Of a stretch of DNA of 64,000 nt, positions 32,676 through 42,080 are shown piece after piece. Source of the stretch: Acidimicrobiia bacterium (GTDB lineage: Bacteria; Actinomycetota; Acidimicrobiia; UBA2766). The DNA lies in assembly GCA_020850945.1 (NCBI GenBank), contig JADZDR010000008.1, forward strand, positions 29,776 to 93,775, in the 5' to 3' direction. Under the pieces are notes generated by a model. It was not told the origin of the DNA, did no database searches, and saw only the letters and a list, made by a program, of their open reading frames with translations. The first letter of the stretch is position 1; the number at the start of each line of letters is the position of its first letter. Position numbers and translations under genes: made by a program.

Positions 32676-32692
32676 GCGGACTTCCTTTCAAC

Positions 32693-33286
32693 TCATGACA
32701 GATCCGGGTCGAGGACGTCGACGAAGGCCGTCCCGCCCTCGAACGACACGACGAGCACGTCCGCGCCGACGTCGAACACGCGGTCGCCGACTGGGTGGGG
32801 GCGGGCGGGGAGACGCATCGGTCGACCCGCGACGTCGACCATGACGCGTCCCGGCCTCGATCCCGACACCGGGACCACCACCTTGGCGCGCCGTCCGACG
32901 AGATCGGAGTCGAGCAACTCGCTGCTCGACTCGCCTCTTCGCATGAAGCGGTACGCGGCCGAGTTGAGGACGGCGACGGCAAGGCCGACGATGACGGCGG
33001 CGACGAGACCCACCCCCGGTGACGCGTCGAGGAGGCCGAACACGAGGCCGGCTGTGCCGAAGAAGGCGAGGAAGAACACGAGGGAGCTGAACCGGAGGAA
33101 CTGGAGGATGTGGGAGACGGGACCGCCCGCCTCCGCGTCGTGGCCCACGTCGTGGCCCACGTCGTGCCCGGCGTCGCCGTGCAGGTCCCCGCCCAGATGC
33201 GCATCGTGCCCGCCGTGCCCGGCAATGAGTTGGAATGCCACGAGGCCCCACCCGACAACCGCACATACGACGTACACGTACTGCAT
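32693..33286 (-). CDS. NfeD-like membrane protein (flotillin partner)
   Basis: Starts at internal Met MQYVYVVCAVVGWGLVAF.... Has a His/Asp-rich loop, TM helices and a C-terminal OB-fold-like segment (GRRAKVVVPVSGSRPGRVMVD). Directly upstream of the flotillin gene. Confidence 0.65.
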   Translation of the reverse strand: MQYVYVVCAVVGWGLVAFQLIAGHGGHDAHLGGDLHGDAGHDVGHDVGHDAEAGGPVSHILQFLRFSSLVFFLAFFGTAGLVFGLLDASPGVGLVAAVIVGLAVAVLNSAAYRFMRRGESSSELLDSDLVGRRAKVVVPVSGSRPGRVMVDVAGRPMRLPARPHPVGDRVFDVGADVLVVSFEGGTAFVDVLDPDLS

Positions 33287-33334
33287 GACCCAGGGAGTGT
33301 ATTCGCTGCCGGAAAGGCCGGGGGCCGAGCGCGG

Positions 33335-33392
33335 CACACAGTCTGGGTACCTGAGCGGCGCTATATCGCCGCTCAGGTACCCAGACTGTGTG
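33335..33392. repeat. 58-bp perfect palindrome (26-bp arms CACACAGTCTGGGTACCTGAGCGGCG, 6-nt centre CTATAT)
   Basis: Read directly: the second arm CGCCGCTCAGGTACCCAGACTGTGTG is the exact reverse complement of the first. It lies in the divergent intergenic region between nfeD (start 33286, minus) and the 33484 plus-strand gene. Confidence 0.9.
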
Positions 33393-33483
33393 GGTTTGGG
33401 GGGAGGGTTCTGCAACGGGTAGGTCCCGCGGTCACGCGGCGCGGACGAGGCCCGCGCGCCGTCGCGGTCTACACTGCCGACCG

Positions 33484-34302
33484 ATGTCCAGAATCGAGCT
33501 CTTCCAGCTCCAGCCCCAGAACGAGGTCGACCCGGACACGGGGGCGGAGGTCGTCGGGTTCGGGTACGGACTTCGCGACGCCACCACAGGGGCGCCTCTC
33601 CCCGCAGGTGATCCCTCTCTCGCCCCCCAGGGCATCCAGGTTTTCGACCTCATCGCCCTCGACCGGTACCCGTACGCGGCACAGGATCCGAGCTTCGACC
33701 CCGGCCGTGTTCTCGCCCTCGTCCCGGATCACAACCAAGGCGGAGCCGTGGGCGTGTGGGACGAAACCCGCCATGTGCAGGTCGGCTGGCTGCCCGGCAC
33801 GGCCGCAACCGTCGTGAACGAAGCCCTCGCTCAGGGTTGGTCGCAGCATGCAGTCGCCCTGTGGGCACAGCGCACACCTGACGACGTGCGTACCGGGCTT
33901 CGAATCGCGGTCTCGACCGATCTCCTGCCGATCGGGGGGCCTGTCGCGACACCTTCCGCGCCGGTTGCAGCGGTCGCCGCGGCGGTGCCCGAGCCCGCAC
34001 CGGCGGCGACACCGCCCGCACCCGACGCGTGGACCCCGACGACTGCCCCGCCCGAGGTGAAACGGGGCAAGGGTGCCGTCTGGGCCGTCCTCGCGGTGAT
34101 ACTCGCCGTCGTGATCGCCGCGGCCGTCTACTTCGCCTTCTTCCGGGGAGGCAATGAGCCCGAGCCGACGACCACGACCGAGGAACGGACGACGACCTCC
34201 ATCGCCACGACGGCTCCGCCGACCGTACCCACGACGGCTCCGCCGACGGTACCTCCGACCGAACCGCCGACCGTCCCCCCCACGGAACCACTACCCCCCT
34301 GA
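33484..34302 (+). CDS. hypothetical bitopic membrane protein with a Pro/Thr-rich repeat tail
   Basis: Starts MSRIELFQLQPQ.... Soluble N-terminal domain of about 150 aa, then a Pro/Ala linker, a TM helix (AVWAVLAVILAVVIAAAVYFAFF) and tandem TTAPPTVP repeats encoded by 24-bp repeats at about 34200-34290. Confidence 0.55.
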   Translation: MSRIELFQLQPQNEVDPDTGAEVVGFGYGLRDATTGAPLPAGDPSLAPQGIQVFDLIALDRYPYAAQDPSFDPGRVLALVPDHNQGGAVGVWDETRHVQVGWLPGTAATVVNEALAQGWSQHAVALWAQRTPDDVRTGLRIAVSTDLLPIGGPVATPSAPVAAVAAAVPEPAPAATPPAPDAWTPTTAPPEVKRGKGAVWAVLAVILAVVIAAAVYFAFFRGGNEPEPTTTTEERTTTSIATTAPPTVPTTAPPTVPPTEPPTVPPTEPLPP

Positions 34303-34468
34303 TCCGACCTCGCCTCTCCTGCGTGATCGCGACGGGCTGTGAGGATCTCACCCTCCATCACGCTGCAGAATCCTCCCAACCCCGCGGCCGGACGTCCGGA
34401 AATGCCGTTCTCGCCTCACCTCGGTAGGCTGCGGGGAGAGATCGCGTGAGGAGACGGAAGGCGAGCCG

Positions 34469-35920
34469 TTGCGCAGGGTCAGTGGTCTGGATGCAGCATT
34501 CCTGTACGGCGAGACATCGGCCTGGCACATGCACGTGTCCGCCCTCATGGTGCTCGATCCGTCCACGTGTGGAGGGCGGTTCAGCTCGGAGCGGTTCCGC
34601 GACCTGATCGCGAGCAGGCTCCACGTCGTCCCCCAGTTCAGGTGGAAGCTGAAGAAGGTGCCGTTCGGGCTCGACCGGCCCGTCTGGGTCGACGACGCCG
34701 ACTTCGAGCTCGACTTCCACATCCGCCGCATCGCCGTGCCCGCACCCGGCGGCATGGAGCAGCTCGGCAACCTCGTCGGTGAGCTCATCCCGCTCAAACT
34801 CGACCGCACCCGACCCCTGTGGGAGATGTGGATCATCGAGGGACTCGACGGCGGGATCGGGGAATCCGATCCCGACACGTCCTCCTCCGCGGACGCGGAC
34901 GGAGGCAAGGTCGCGATCCTCGCCAAGGTTCACCACTCCATCATCGACGGTGCGTCGGGGGCGGAGCTCATGAAGCTCCTCTTCGACATGGAACCGGACG
35001 CGCCGGTACCGCCTGCACCGGCCTGGAAGCCGGAATCGGAGAACCCGTCAGGCCTCGAACTGCTCGGGCTCGGCCTCTCGACGTCGATGAAGATGCCGTT
35101 CCGGTTCGCCCGCCTCAGCCGGTCACTCGTCCGCCAGGGCCTCACCGTCGCCGGCTTCGCGCGTCGTGGCAACCTACCCGCGATTCCCTTCCAGGCCCCC
35201 CGCACCCGCCTCAACGCCGAGATAACACCGAGCCGCCGCATGGCCATGGCGTCGGTACCCCTCGACGAGGTCAAGGCCGTGAAGCACGCCTTCGACGTGA
35301 AGGTGAACGACGTGGTCCTCGCCCTCGTCGGGGCATCCCTGCGTCGCTATCTCACCTCGCACGGCGAGCTGCCGGAGAGACCCCTCATCGCCCAGGTCCC
35401 CGTCTCGGTGCGCGTCGAGGGCGACAAGGAGTCGGGGACGAAGGTTGCCGCCATGTTCGCGTCCATGGCGACCGACCTCGAGGACCCGGGAGAACGCCTC
35501 CTCACCATCAACCGCGGGACACAGTCCGCGAAGGAGATGCAACGTGCCCTGGCCGTCGACAAGATCATCGGTCTCTCCGAGGCCTTCTCGCCGGGGCTGA
35601 TCGAGGTCGCAGCCCGCATGTACACCGCCGCGCAGCTCGACGGGCGCACACCGCCGATCTTCAACACGATCGTCTCGAACGTGCCCGGCCCGCCGTTCCC
35701 GCTCTACGTCGCCGGCGCCCGCCTCGCCGCGATGTACCCGATGGGCCCCCTCCTCTACGGCGGAGGCCTCAACATCTCCGTGATCAGCTACCTCGATTCG
35801 ATGGACTTCGGCTTCCTCTCGTGCCGCACGACGGTGCCGGACGTATGGACGATCGCCGAGGGGATCCCGCTCGCGCTCAAAGAGCTCATGGACACCGCCC
35901 CCACACCTCTTCGACTCTGA
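34469..35920 (+). CDS. wax ester synthase / diacylglycerol acyltransferase (WS/DGAT) family
   Basis: 483 aa with the catalytic HHSIIDGASG (HHxxxDG) motif and conserved C-terminal WS/DGAT blocks. Confidence 0.85.
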   Translation: MRRVSGLDAAFLYGETSAWHMHVSALMVLDPSTCGGRFSSERFRDLIASRLHVVPQFRWKLKKVPFGLDRPVWVDDADFELDFHIRRIAVPAPGGMEQLGNLVGELIPLKLDRTRPLWEMWIIEGLDGGIGESDPDTSSSADADGGKVAILAKVHHSIIDGASGAELMKLLFDMEPDAPVPPAPAWKPESENPSGLELLGLGLSTSMKMPFRFARLSRSLVRQGLTVAGFARRGNLPAIPFQAPRTRLNAEITPSRRMAMASVPLDEVKAVKHAFDVKVNDVVLALVGASLRRYLTSHGELPERPLIAQVPVSVRVEGDKESGTKVAAMFASMATDLEDPGERLLTINRGTQSAKEMQRALAVDKIIGLSEAFSPGLIEVAARMYTAAQLDGRTPPIFNTIVSNVPGPPFPLYVAGARLAAMYPMGPLLYGGGLNISVISYLDSMDFGFLSCRTTVPDVWTIAEGIPLALKELMDTAPTPLRL

Positions 35921-35958
35921 CGCGAGGCAGCCCGCCCGGGCGTGGATAGGCTTCGGGC

Positions 35959-36522
35959 ATGGCGAACTTCTACGCAGAGAACGGCCCGCCTCCTCCCGGC
36001 TTCGAGGAGGCGCTGTTCGGAATGGGCTGTTTCTGGGGGGCGGAACGGGTCTTCTGGGAGGCCGAGGGTGTGTGGTCGACCGCCGCCGGCTATGCGGGGG
36101 GCAGGACGGCACATCCCACCTACGACGCGGTGTGCTCGGGCCGCACCGGCCATGCCGAGGTCGTACGTGTCGTGTCCGACCCCGCCCGCGTCTCCTATGC
36201 CGAGTTGGTACGTCTCTTCTGGGAGGGACACGACCCCACACAGGGCATGCGCCAGGGCAACGACGTCGGCTCGCAGTATCGCAGCCTCCTCGGCGTCTAC
36301 TCCGACGCCCAGGCGGACATCGCCGTCTCGTCCCGTCGCACGTACGGCGAGGCCCTCGACCGTGCCGGTTACCCCGAGATCACGACGGAGATCGCACGCG
36401 ACCTCGTCTTCTACCCGGCGGAGGACCATCACCAGCAGTACCTCGCCAAGAACCCGTTCGGGTACTGCGGGCACGGTGGCACCGGAGTCGCGTACCCGAC
36501 CGGCCTCACACGTGCCGACTGA
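35959..36522 (+). CDS. msrA: peptide-methionine (S)-S-oxide reductase
   Basis: 187 aa with the GCFWG active-site motif. Confidence 0.9.
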   Translation: MANFYAENGPPPPGFEEALFGMGCFWGAERVFWEAEGVWSTAAGYAGGRTAHPTYDAVCSGRTGHAEVVRVVSDPARVSYAELVRLFWEGHDPTQGMRQGNDVGSQYRSLLGVYSDAQADIAVSSRRTYGEALDRAGYPEITTEIARDLVFYPAEDHHQQYLAKNPFGYCGHGGTGVAYPTGLTRAD

Positions 36523-36523
36523 C

Positions 36524-37165
36524 ATGGGGGAGTCACGGGACGACGAGCGACGGCGCATGGTGGAACGGCAGGTGCGAGACCGCGGCATAACGGACGTCCG
36601 CGTCCTCGCGGCGATGGCGACGGTCCCCCGCGAACGCTTCGTCGATGTCGACCTCGCCGACGCCGCCTACGCGGACCGGCCTCTCCCCATCGAGGAAGGA
36701 CAGACGATCTCCCAGCCCTTCATCGTCGCGGCCATGGCCGCGTACCTCGAGATCGAGCCCGCCGACCGCATCCTCGAGGTCGGCACCGGGTCCGGCTATG
36801 GCGCCGCGGTCCTGAGCCGTGTCGGCGGGCATGTCGACACGATCGAACGACACGCCCGCCTCGCCGAGACGGCCGCGCGGCGCCTCGCCGATCTCGGCTA
36901 CGCCAACGTGGATGTTCACGTCGGTGACGGCTCACGTGGCCTGCCCGAGCGCGCGCCGTTCGACGTGATCTGCGTGACGGCAGCCGGGGCGGACGTACCC
37001 GTCGCCCTCCTCGACCAGCTTGCCGACGCGGGCCGCCTCGTCATGCCCGTCGGCGGACGTGGCGGCCAGCGCCTCGTCCTGATCCGCAGACAGGGCGACG
37101 ATCTCGTCGAGACGGACCTCGACCCTGTGGCCTTCGTCCCCCTTGTCCCGGATCGCGAGAGCTAG
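36524..37165 (+). CDS. pcm: protein-L-isoaspartate O-methyltransferase
   Basis: Starts [17 protein letters not shown]... with TISQPF and [10 protein letters not shown] motifs. Confidence 0.85.
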   Translation: MGESRDDERRRMVERQVRDRGITDVRVLAAMATVPRERFVDVDLADAAYADRPLPIEEGQTISQPFIVAAMAAYLEIEPADRILEVGTGSGYGAAVLSRVGGHVDTIERHARLAETAARRLADLGYANVDVHVGDGSRGLPERAPFDVICVTAAGADVPVALLDQLADAGRLVMPVGGRGGQRLVLIRRQGDDLVETDLDPVAFVPLVPDRES

Positions 37166-37629
37166 GTCACACCGGACGACCCGAAGCCGCTGTCGCCTCT
37201 CGCCGCGTCGGGCAGGGAGGTGACCTCACGGAGCGCCACGGTGGCGACGGGGACGAGGACGAGCTGCGCGATGCGGTCCCCCCGCTCGACGACGAACGCG
37301 TCCCGCGGGTCGTGGTTGATGAGGAGCACCTCGATCTCACCCCGGTACCCGGAGTCGATGAGGCCGGGTGAGTTCACGAGGCCGATCCCGTGCCTGCGGG
37401 CGAGTCCCGAGCGCGCCAGGACGAGGCCGGCCCAGCCGGGCGGGAACGCGACGGCGATCCCGGTCGGAACGGCCACGCGCTCACCCGCCGCGACCTCGAT
37501 CTTCACGCGGGACCGCAGGTCGACGCCGGCGTCACCGGGGTTGGCACAGGCGGGCAGAGGCAGGGGATCGGCGTGCGCGGCATCGCCGACGCGCGTGACG
37601 AGCAGCTCGAGGGACGGTGGATCAGGCAT
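37162..37629 (-). CDS. dut: dUTP diphosphatase
   Basis: 155 aa with dUTPase motifs ([18 protein letters not shown]). Confidence 0.9.
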   Translation of the reverse strand: MPDPPSLELLVTRVGDAAHADPLPLPACANPGDAGVDLRSRVKIEVAAGERVAVPTGIAVAFPPGWAGLVLARSGLARRHGIGLVNSPGLIDSGYRGEIEVLLINHDPRDAFVVERGDRIAQLVLVPVATVALREVTSLPDAARGDSGFGSSGVT

Positions 37630-37655
37630 GGCGACGGCAGCCTAGTGGTGTCGGG

Positions 37656-39902
37656 TCAGCACGTCGAGAACCCGCACGCGAGGCACTTTCCGCAACCCTC
37701 CTCGGTCGCGAACGCGGCATCTCCGCAGTCCGGGCAGACCTCGAACGGCTCAGCCGGGGACGGCCGCAGTGTCGCGCCCTCACGTGGCTCGCCGTAGGTG
37801 CGATCGAGCAGCTTCGCGAGGGCGTCGGCCACCGAGAGTACGCGCGCCTCACCAAATCCCACGGCGGACCGGCCGCCTATGCCCGAGAGCTGTTCGACGA
37901 CGAGTTCCACGGGCACGCCTGTCCGCAGCAGGAGGGATACGAGACGCCCGATCGCCTCGGACATCGCAGTGATATCGGAGCCTGCCTTTCCGAACACGAG
38001 AAAGACCTCGAAGGGCTTCGCGTCGAGCTCGGTGACGAAGACGTTCATGATGCCGAGTGGGGTCTGGACACGGAAGCGGCGGGCGGCGAGCCCACCCGGG
38101 ACCTCGGGCACGGCGCGAGGCAGGACCTCGCTGCCGCGCACGTCCGGCGCGGACGTGGTGCGGCGCGCCGCCGTCGGGGACCCGGCGACGAGAACCTGGG
38201 CGGGCTTGGAGCCGTCCCGGAAGACAGTGACGCCCTTGCAGCCGAGCCGATCGGCGAGGTCGAAGACCTCGATGACCTCCTCGACGCCGGCGTCGTGGGG
38301 CAGGTTGACGGTCTTTGACACGGCGTTGTCGGTGTGCACCTGGAACGCGGCCTGCATGCGCACGTGCCAGACCGGGTTGATCTCGTGCGCGGTGGCGGCG
38401 ACAGCTCGTACGTGGGCGGGTATCTCGTCGATGTCGCCGGCATGACCGGATCGCACGGCTGCCTCGATCAGGTCCTCGGGGACTGCCTCACGTCGGGCGA
38501 GCTCGAGGAAGGAGGGGTTGACCTCACGCAGGAGGTTGCCGTCGAGTACGTGCCGTTCGAAGCCGAGGGCGAAGACCGGCTCGATCCCGGACGAGCAGCC
38601 GGCGATGACCGAGATCGTGCCCGTGGGGGCGATCGTCGTGCGTGTCGCGTTGCGCAGGCGCCGGCCATCGGCGGCGTAGACGGATCTCGACCAGTTCGGG
38701 AAGACGCCCCGCTCGGCGGCGAGACCCTCCGACGCCCGGTCGGCCTCGGTCGACACGAAGGACATGAGCGTATCGGCGAGCGCGAGCGCGTCGTCGCTGC
38801 CGTAGGGGATGCACAGAGCGATGAGGAGGTCCGCCCAGCCCATGACACCGAGGCCGATCTTGCGGTTCCCGTCGCGGGTCATGGCGGCGATCTCGGCGAG
38901 CGGCCACACGCTGCGCTCGACGACGTCGTCGAGGAACCGCACCGCCGTGTGGACGACAGAGCGGAGACGGTCCCAGTCGATGCCCGAGCCGGCACGGAAG
39001 CGGGAAACGTCGACGGACCCGAGGGTGCAGGCCTCGAAGGCGAGGAGAGGCTGCTCCCCGCACGGGTTCGTGGCCTCGATCGTGCCGAGATCGGGTGTCG
39101 GGTTCGTACGCATGTCGTTCATGCGGTCCATGAACACGAGACCGGGATCGCCGCAGCGCCAGGCCGCGTCGGCGATGCGCGCCATGACCTGTCTCGCCCC
39201 GAGCCGGCCGACCTCCTCACCGGTACGTGGGTTCACGAGCGGGTAGGTGCCGTCGGCATGCAGGGCATCCATGAAGCCGGCGTGCACGGAGACCGAGATG
39301 TTGAAGTTCGCGAGGCGGTCCGGTTCGAGCTTGGCATCGATGAACTCGAGGACGTCGGGGTGGTCGACTCTGAGGACGGCCATGTTCGCTCCGCGCCGGT
39401 TCCCGCCCTGGCGCACATGCTCGGTGGCCGCGTCGTAGACCTCCATGAAGGAGACGGGACCGGACGCCACGCCGCGCGTCGACGCGACGGTGTCGTCGCG
39501 AGGACGCAGGGCCGAGAAGGAGAACCCCGTGCCACCACCCGACTGGTGGACGATCGCCGCGTTCTTCAAGGTCTCGAAGATCCCCTCCATGCTGTCGGGT
39601 ACCGGCAACACGAAGCAGGCGGCGAGCTGTTCGAGGGAGCGCCCCGCGTTCATGAGGGTGGGCGAGTTGGGCAGGAAGTCGAGGTCACACATGAGGTCGA
39701 GGAAGCGCTGTTCCCAGTCGGCCACGCGTTCGGCCGCGGTCGCCGCGTCTCCCCATGTCGCCTCGGCCCCTGCCACGTCACGGGCGACGCGCGCGAACAT
39801 CTCCCCCGCGGTCTCGATGACCTCTCCCTGCGCGTCCCGCCCGAGGTACCTGTGTTCGAGGACGACACGGGCCTGCTCGGTGAGTTGCGGTTCTCGCTGC
39901 AT
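37656..39902 (-). CDS. nrdJ: adenosylcobalamin-dependent (class II) ribonucleoside-diphosphate reductase
   Basis: 748 aa with a class II RNR core (NPCGEQ, active-site Cys region) and a C-terminal Zn-ribbon CPDCG...CGKCLACG. Confidence 0.9.
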   Translation of the reverse strand: MQREPQLTEQARVVLEHRYLGRDAQGEVIETAGEMFARVARDVAGAEATWGDAATAAERVADWEQRFLDLMCDLDFLPNSPTLMNAGRSLEQLAACFVLPVPDSMEGIFETLKNAAIVHQSGGGTGFSFSALRPRDDTVASTRGVASGPVSFMEVYDAATEHVRQGGNRRGANMAVLRVDHPDVLEFIDAKLEPDRLANFNISVSVHAGFMDALHADGTYPLVNPRTGEEVGRLGARQVMARIADAAWRCGDPGLVFMDRMNDMRTNPTPDLGTIEATNPCGEQPLLAFEACTLGSVDVSRFRAGSGIDWDRLRSVVHTAVRFLDDVVERSVWPLAEIAAMTRDGNRKIGLGVMGWADLLIALCIPYGSDDALALADTLMSFVSTEADRASEGLAAERGVFPNWSRSVYAADGRRLRNATRTTIAPTGTISVIAGCSSGIEPVFALGFERHVLDGNLLREVNPSFLELARREAVPEDLIEAAVRSGHAGDIDEIPAHVRAVAATAHEINPVWHVRMQAAFQVHTDNAVSKTVNLPHDAGVEEVIEVFDLADRLGCKGVTVFRDGSKPAQVLVAGSPTAARRTTSAPDVRGSEVLPRAVPEVPGGLAARRFRVQTPLGIMNVFVTELDAKPFEVFLVFGKAGSDITAMSEAIGRLVSLLLRTGVPVELVVEQLSGIGGRSAVGFGEARVLSVADALAKLLDRTYGEPREGATLRPSPAEPFEVCPDCGDAAFATEEGCGKCLACGFSTC

Positions 39903-39939
39903 GACCCCCCAAGGCTATGCGCCACCGGAACGGCCGGTC

Positions 39940-40224
39940 TCAGCCGGGACCGATCCCACGCGACATGCCGACGACGGCGGCGAGGACCACGACCGCCCAG
40001 ACGGCGAACCCGAGAACCGCGGCTCGCATGCCCCGCGACGCCAGCGGTGCCCCCGTCGCGATGCGGGCGGCGGCTCGCACACAGACCGAATCGCCAACCG
40101 TTCTCGTGCGTCGGCCGAGGTCACACAGGCGCGTGTAGCCGACGACGGCGAGTGCGAGAACGGCGCAGAGCACCTCGGCCTTCACACCTCCGGTCGTCTC
40201 ATTCGGTGTCAGGGCCGTGGTCAT
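39940..40224 (-). CDS. hypothetical small two-TM membrane protein, divergent from lexA; candidate SOS-regulated gene
   Basis: 94-aa reading frame from ATG at 40224 (MTTALTPNETTGG...) with two hydrophobic helices. An SOS box sits 64 nt upstream. The rest of the 260-aa track ORF overlaps lexA and the SOS boxes and is rejected. Confidence 0.4.
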   Translation of the reverse strand: MTTALTPNETTGGVKAEVLCAVLALAVVGYTRLCDLGRRTRTVGDSVCVRAAARIATGAPLASRGMRAAVLGFAVWAVVVLAAVVGMSRGIGPG

Positions 40225-40287
40225 CGCTCCTCCTGTCTCCGCATCTCCGGATCGTGCTCCACGATCCTGTCGCCGAGTGCCACCACA

Positions 40288-40302
40288 TCGAACGTGTGTT
40301 CG
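40288..40302. promoter_or_regulatory. LexA (Cheo-type) SOS box TCGAACGTGTGTTCG
   Basis: Matches the actinobacterial / Gram-positive SOS consensus TCGAAC-N4-GTTCGA. 64 nt upstream of the small membrane-protein gene. Confidence 0.7.
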
Positions 40303-40319
40303 TGTACCATCACAATATG

Positions 40320-40335
40320 TCGAACAGAGGTTCGA
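40320..40335. promoter_or_regulatory. LexA SOS box TCGAACAGAGGTTCGA (perfect half-sites)
   Basis: Both half-sites match the consensus exactly. It is the central box of three in the lexA divergent region. Confidence 0.75.
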
Positions 40336-40347
40336 GTCAACACCTCT

Positions 40348-40362
40348 TCGAACATGTGTTCC
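40348..40362. promoter_or_regulatory. LexA SOS box TCGAACATGTGTTCC
   Basis: Near-consensus box 62 nt upstream of the lexA start. Confidence 0.65.
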
Positions 40363-40423
40363 GTTCATCGGGGCCCATTCTCGCGGGGGTGTGTGACACT
40401 TTTCCCGACGGCAGGAGGGACCG

Positions 40424-41065
40424 GTGGCCCAAGACGAGCTGACTCCCAGGCAGAGGGCGGTGCTCGAGTTCATCAGCGAGCAGATGCAGGAACGCGGGTT
40501 CCCCCCTTCGGTCCGTGAGATCGGTGAGGCCGTGGGCCTCACGTCATCCTCGAGCGTGCACGCGCAGCTCGCCACGCTCCAACGTCTCGGCTTCCTGAAG
40601 CGGGACCCCACGAAGCCGCGGGCGATCGAAGTCCACTTCGACCCCGAGTCGGGCGGGGTGGCCGAACGCCGGCCGCCGCGTTTCGTACCGCTCGTCGGCG
40701 AGATCGCGGCCGGGCAACCCATCCTTGCCGCCGAGTCCGTCGAGGAGGCCTATCCCCTGCCTGCCGACTGGGTGGGTGAGAGCGGCACCCTGTTCATGCT
40801 CGCGGTGCGGGGCGACTCGATGATCGGGGCGGGCATCCTCGACGGCGACTACGTGGTCGTACGCCAGCAGCAGGATGCCCGCAACGGCGAGATCGTGGCG
40901 GCCATGGTCGAGGGACCCGACGGCGCTGAGGCGACCGTGAAGCGCTTCACGCGACGTGGGCGCACGGTCGTCCTCGTACCCGAGAACCCCGACATGGACG
41001 ACATGGTGTTCGACGCCGGTGTCGAGATCCTCGGTCGCGTCGTGGCCGTCATGCGCCGCGTCTGA
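40424..41065 (+). CDS. lexA: LexA SOS repressor
   Basis: 213 aa. N-terminal winged HTH, Ala-Gly cleavage site (VGEIAAGQP) and S24 peptidase Ser/Lys dyad (GDSM ... KRF). Confidence 0.9.
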   Translation: MAQDELTPRQRAVLEFISEQMQERGFPPSVREIGEAVGLTSSSSVHAQLATLQRLGFLKRDPTKPRAIEVHFDPESGGVAERRPPRFVPLVGEIAAGQPILAAESVEEAYPLPADWVGESGTLFMLAVRGDSMIGAGILDGDYVVVRQQQDARNGEIVAAMVEGPDGAEATVKRFTRRGRTVVLVPENPDMDDMVFDAGVEILGRVVAVMRRV

Positions 41066-42080
41066 CCGGCCCGAGATCTCGGCGGTGCGCCCAGCGCGTC
41101 CTGGGTGGTGAATCCGGCACACCGAGCCGCTGGCGGAGCGTACCGATGCGCTCGAACGTGATCGCGACCTCGTCGCCGGGTCGGAGCCACTCATCCCGAT
41201 CGAGACCACACGTGTCGGGCACAGTCCCCATCCCCACGACCGTGCCCGGGGCGAGACTCTGGCGTCTCGCGAGCGCCACGACGACGTCGACGGGATCCAT
41301 CGAGTACTCGGCCGTCGTCCCCCCCCAGGCCTCCCGCCCGCTCGTCTCGACCCTGACGGCAAGGGAGCGGGGATCGCCCACCTCGTCCGCTGTGACGAGC
41401 CACGGACCGAGGCCGTTGCCCATGTCGAGGTCCTTGCTCGTCGCCGGTCCCGTGAAGAACATCTCACCGAGCTGTACGTCACGCGCCGAGACGTCGTTGA
41501 AGACCGTGTATCCGGCGATCGCCGCCTCCGCCGCCGCCCGGTCGGATCCGATGGGAACCGCACCCGTCACGAGAGCAAGCTCCGGTTCGATGTCGAGATA
41601 CGCGCTGAAGGACGGCCACGGCACCGTGTCACCGTCCCCACTCACACTCTGGCAGTTGCCCTTGTAGTACCTCACCCCGCCTGCACTCCGCCGCAGCACG
41701 CGCTGTGCCACGGCTCCCAGCAGATGACCGGCACCCGGAGGCAGGGACCGCCGCAGGAGGACTGCCGAGGAGTTCGCGAGATGGCGGGGTGTGAGACCAC
41801 AGTCGAGGAGGGCGGCGGGCCGGACAAGGGTGGGGGCGAGGTCGACGACGTCGAGATGACGGCCGAGACGAGCACCCTCCCCCCCGGTCACACGCCGGGC
41901 GACCTCCTCCGCCACAGCACGACTCACGGGCAGCCCGTCCAGGTAGGCACTCATGTGAGACAGCACATGTGGCAGCGTCTCGTCTTCGAGGGCGAGGGCC
42001 GCGAACGGAACCAGGTGTTCGCCCGCGACGAACCCGAAGGCAAGGCTGCCGTCCACCTCACGCACGGTCGCGAGCTTCAT
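41049..42080 (-). CDS. fumarylacetoacetate hydrolase (FAH) family protein
   Basis: 343 aa with FAH-family C-terminal domain motifs (metal-binding D/E region, GTVVGMGT). Confidence 0.7.
   Translation of the reverse strand: MKLATVREVDGSLAFGFVAGEHLVPFAALALEDETLPHVLSHMSAYLDGLPVSRAVAEEVARRVTGGEGARLGRHLDVVDLAPTLVRPAALLDCGLTPRHLANSSAVLLRRSLPPGAGHLLGAVAQRVLRRSAGGVRYYKGNCQSVSGDGDTVPWPSFSAYLDIEPELALVTGAVPIGSDRAAAEAAIAGYTVFNDVSARDVQLGEMFFTGPATSKDLDMGNGLGPWLVTADEVGDPRSLAVRVETSGREAWGGTTAEYSMDPVDVVVALARRQSLAPGTVVGMGTVPDTCGLDRDEWLRPGDEVAITFERIGTLRQRLGVPDSPPRTRWAHRRDLGPVRRGA

Noticed and set aside
40225-40722. Upstream 166 codons of the 260-aa minus ORF 39940-40722
   Set aside because: It overlaps the lexA coding region on the opposite strand and the three SOS boxes. 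Only the C-terminal 94-aa two-TM segment downstream of the boxes is plausible.
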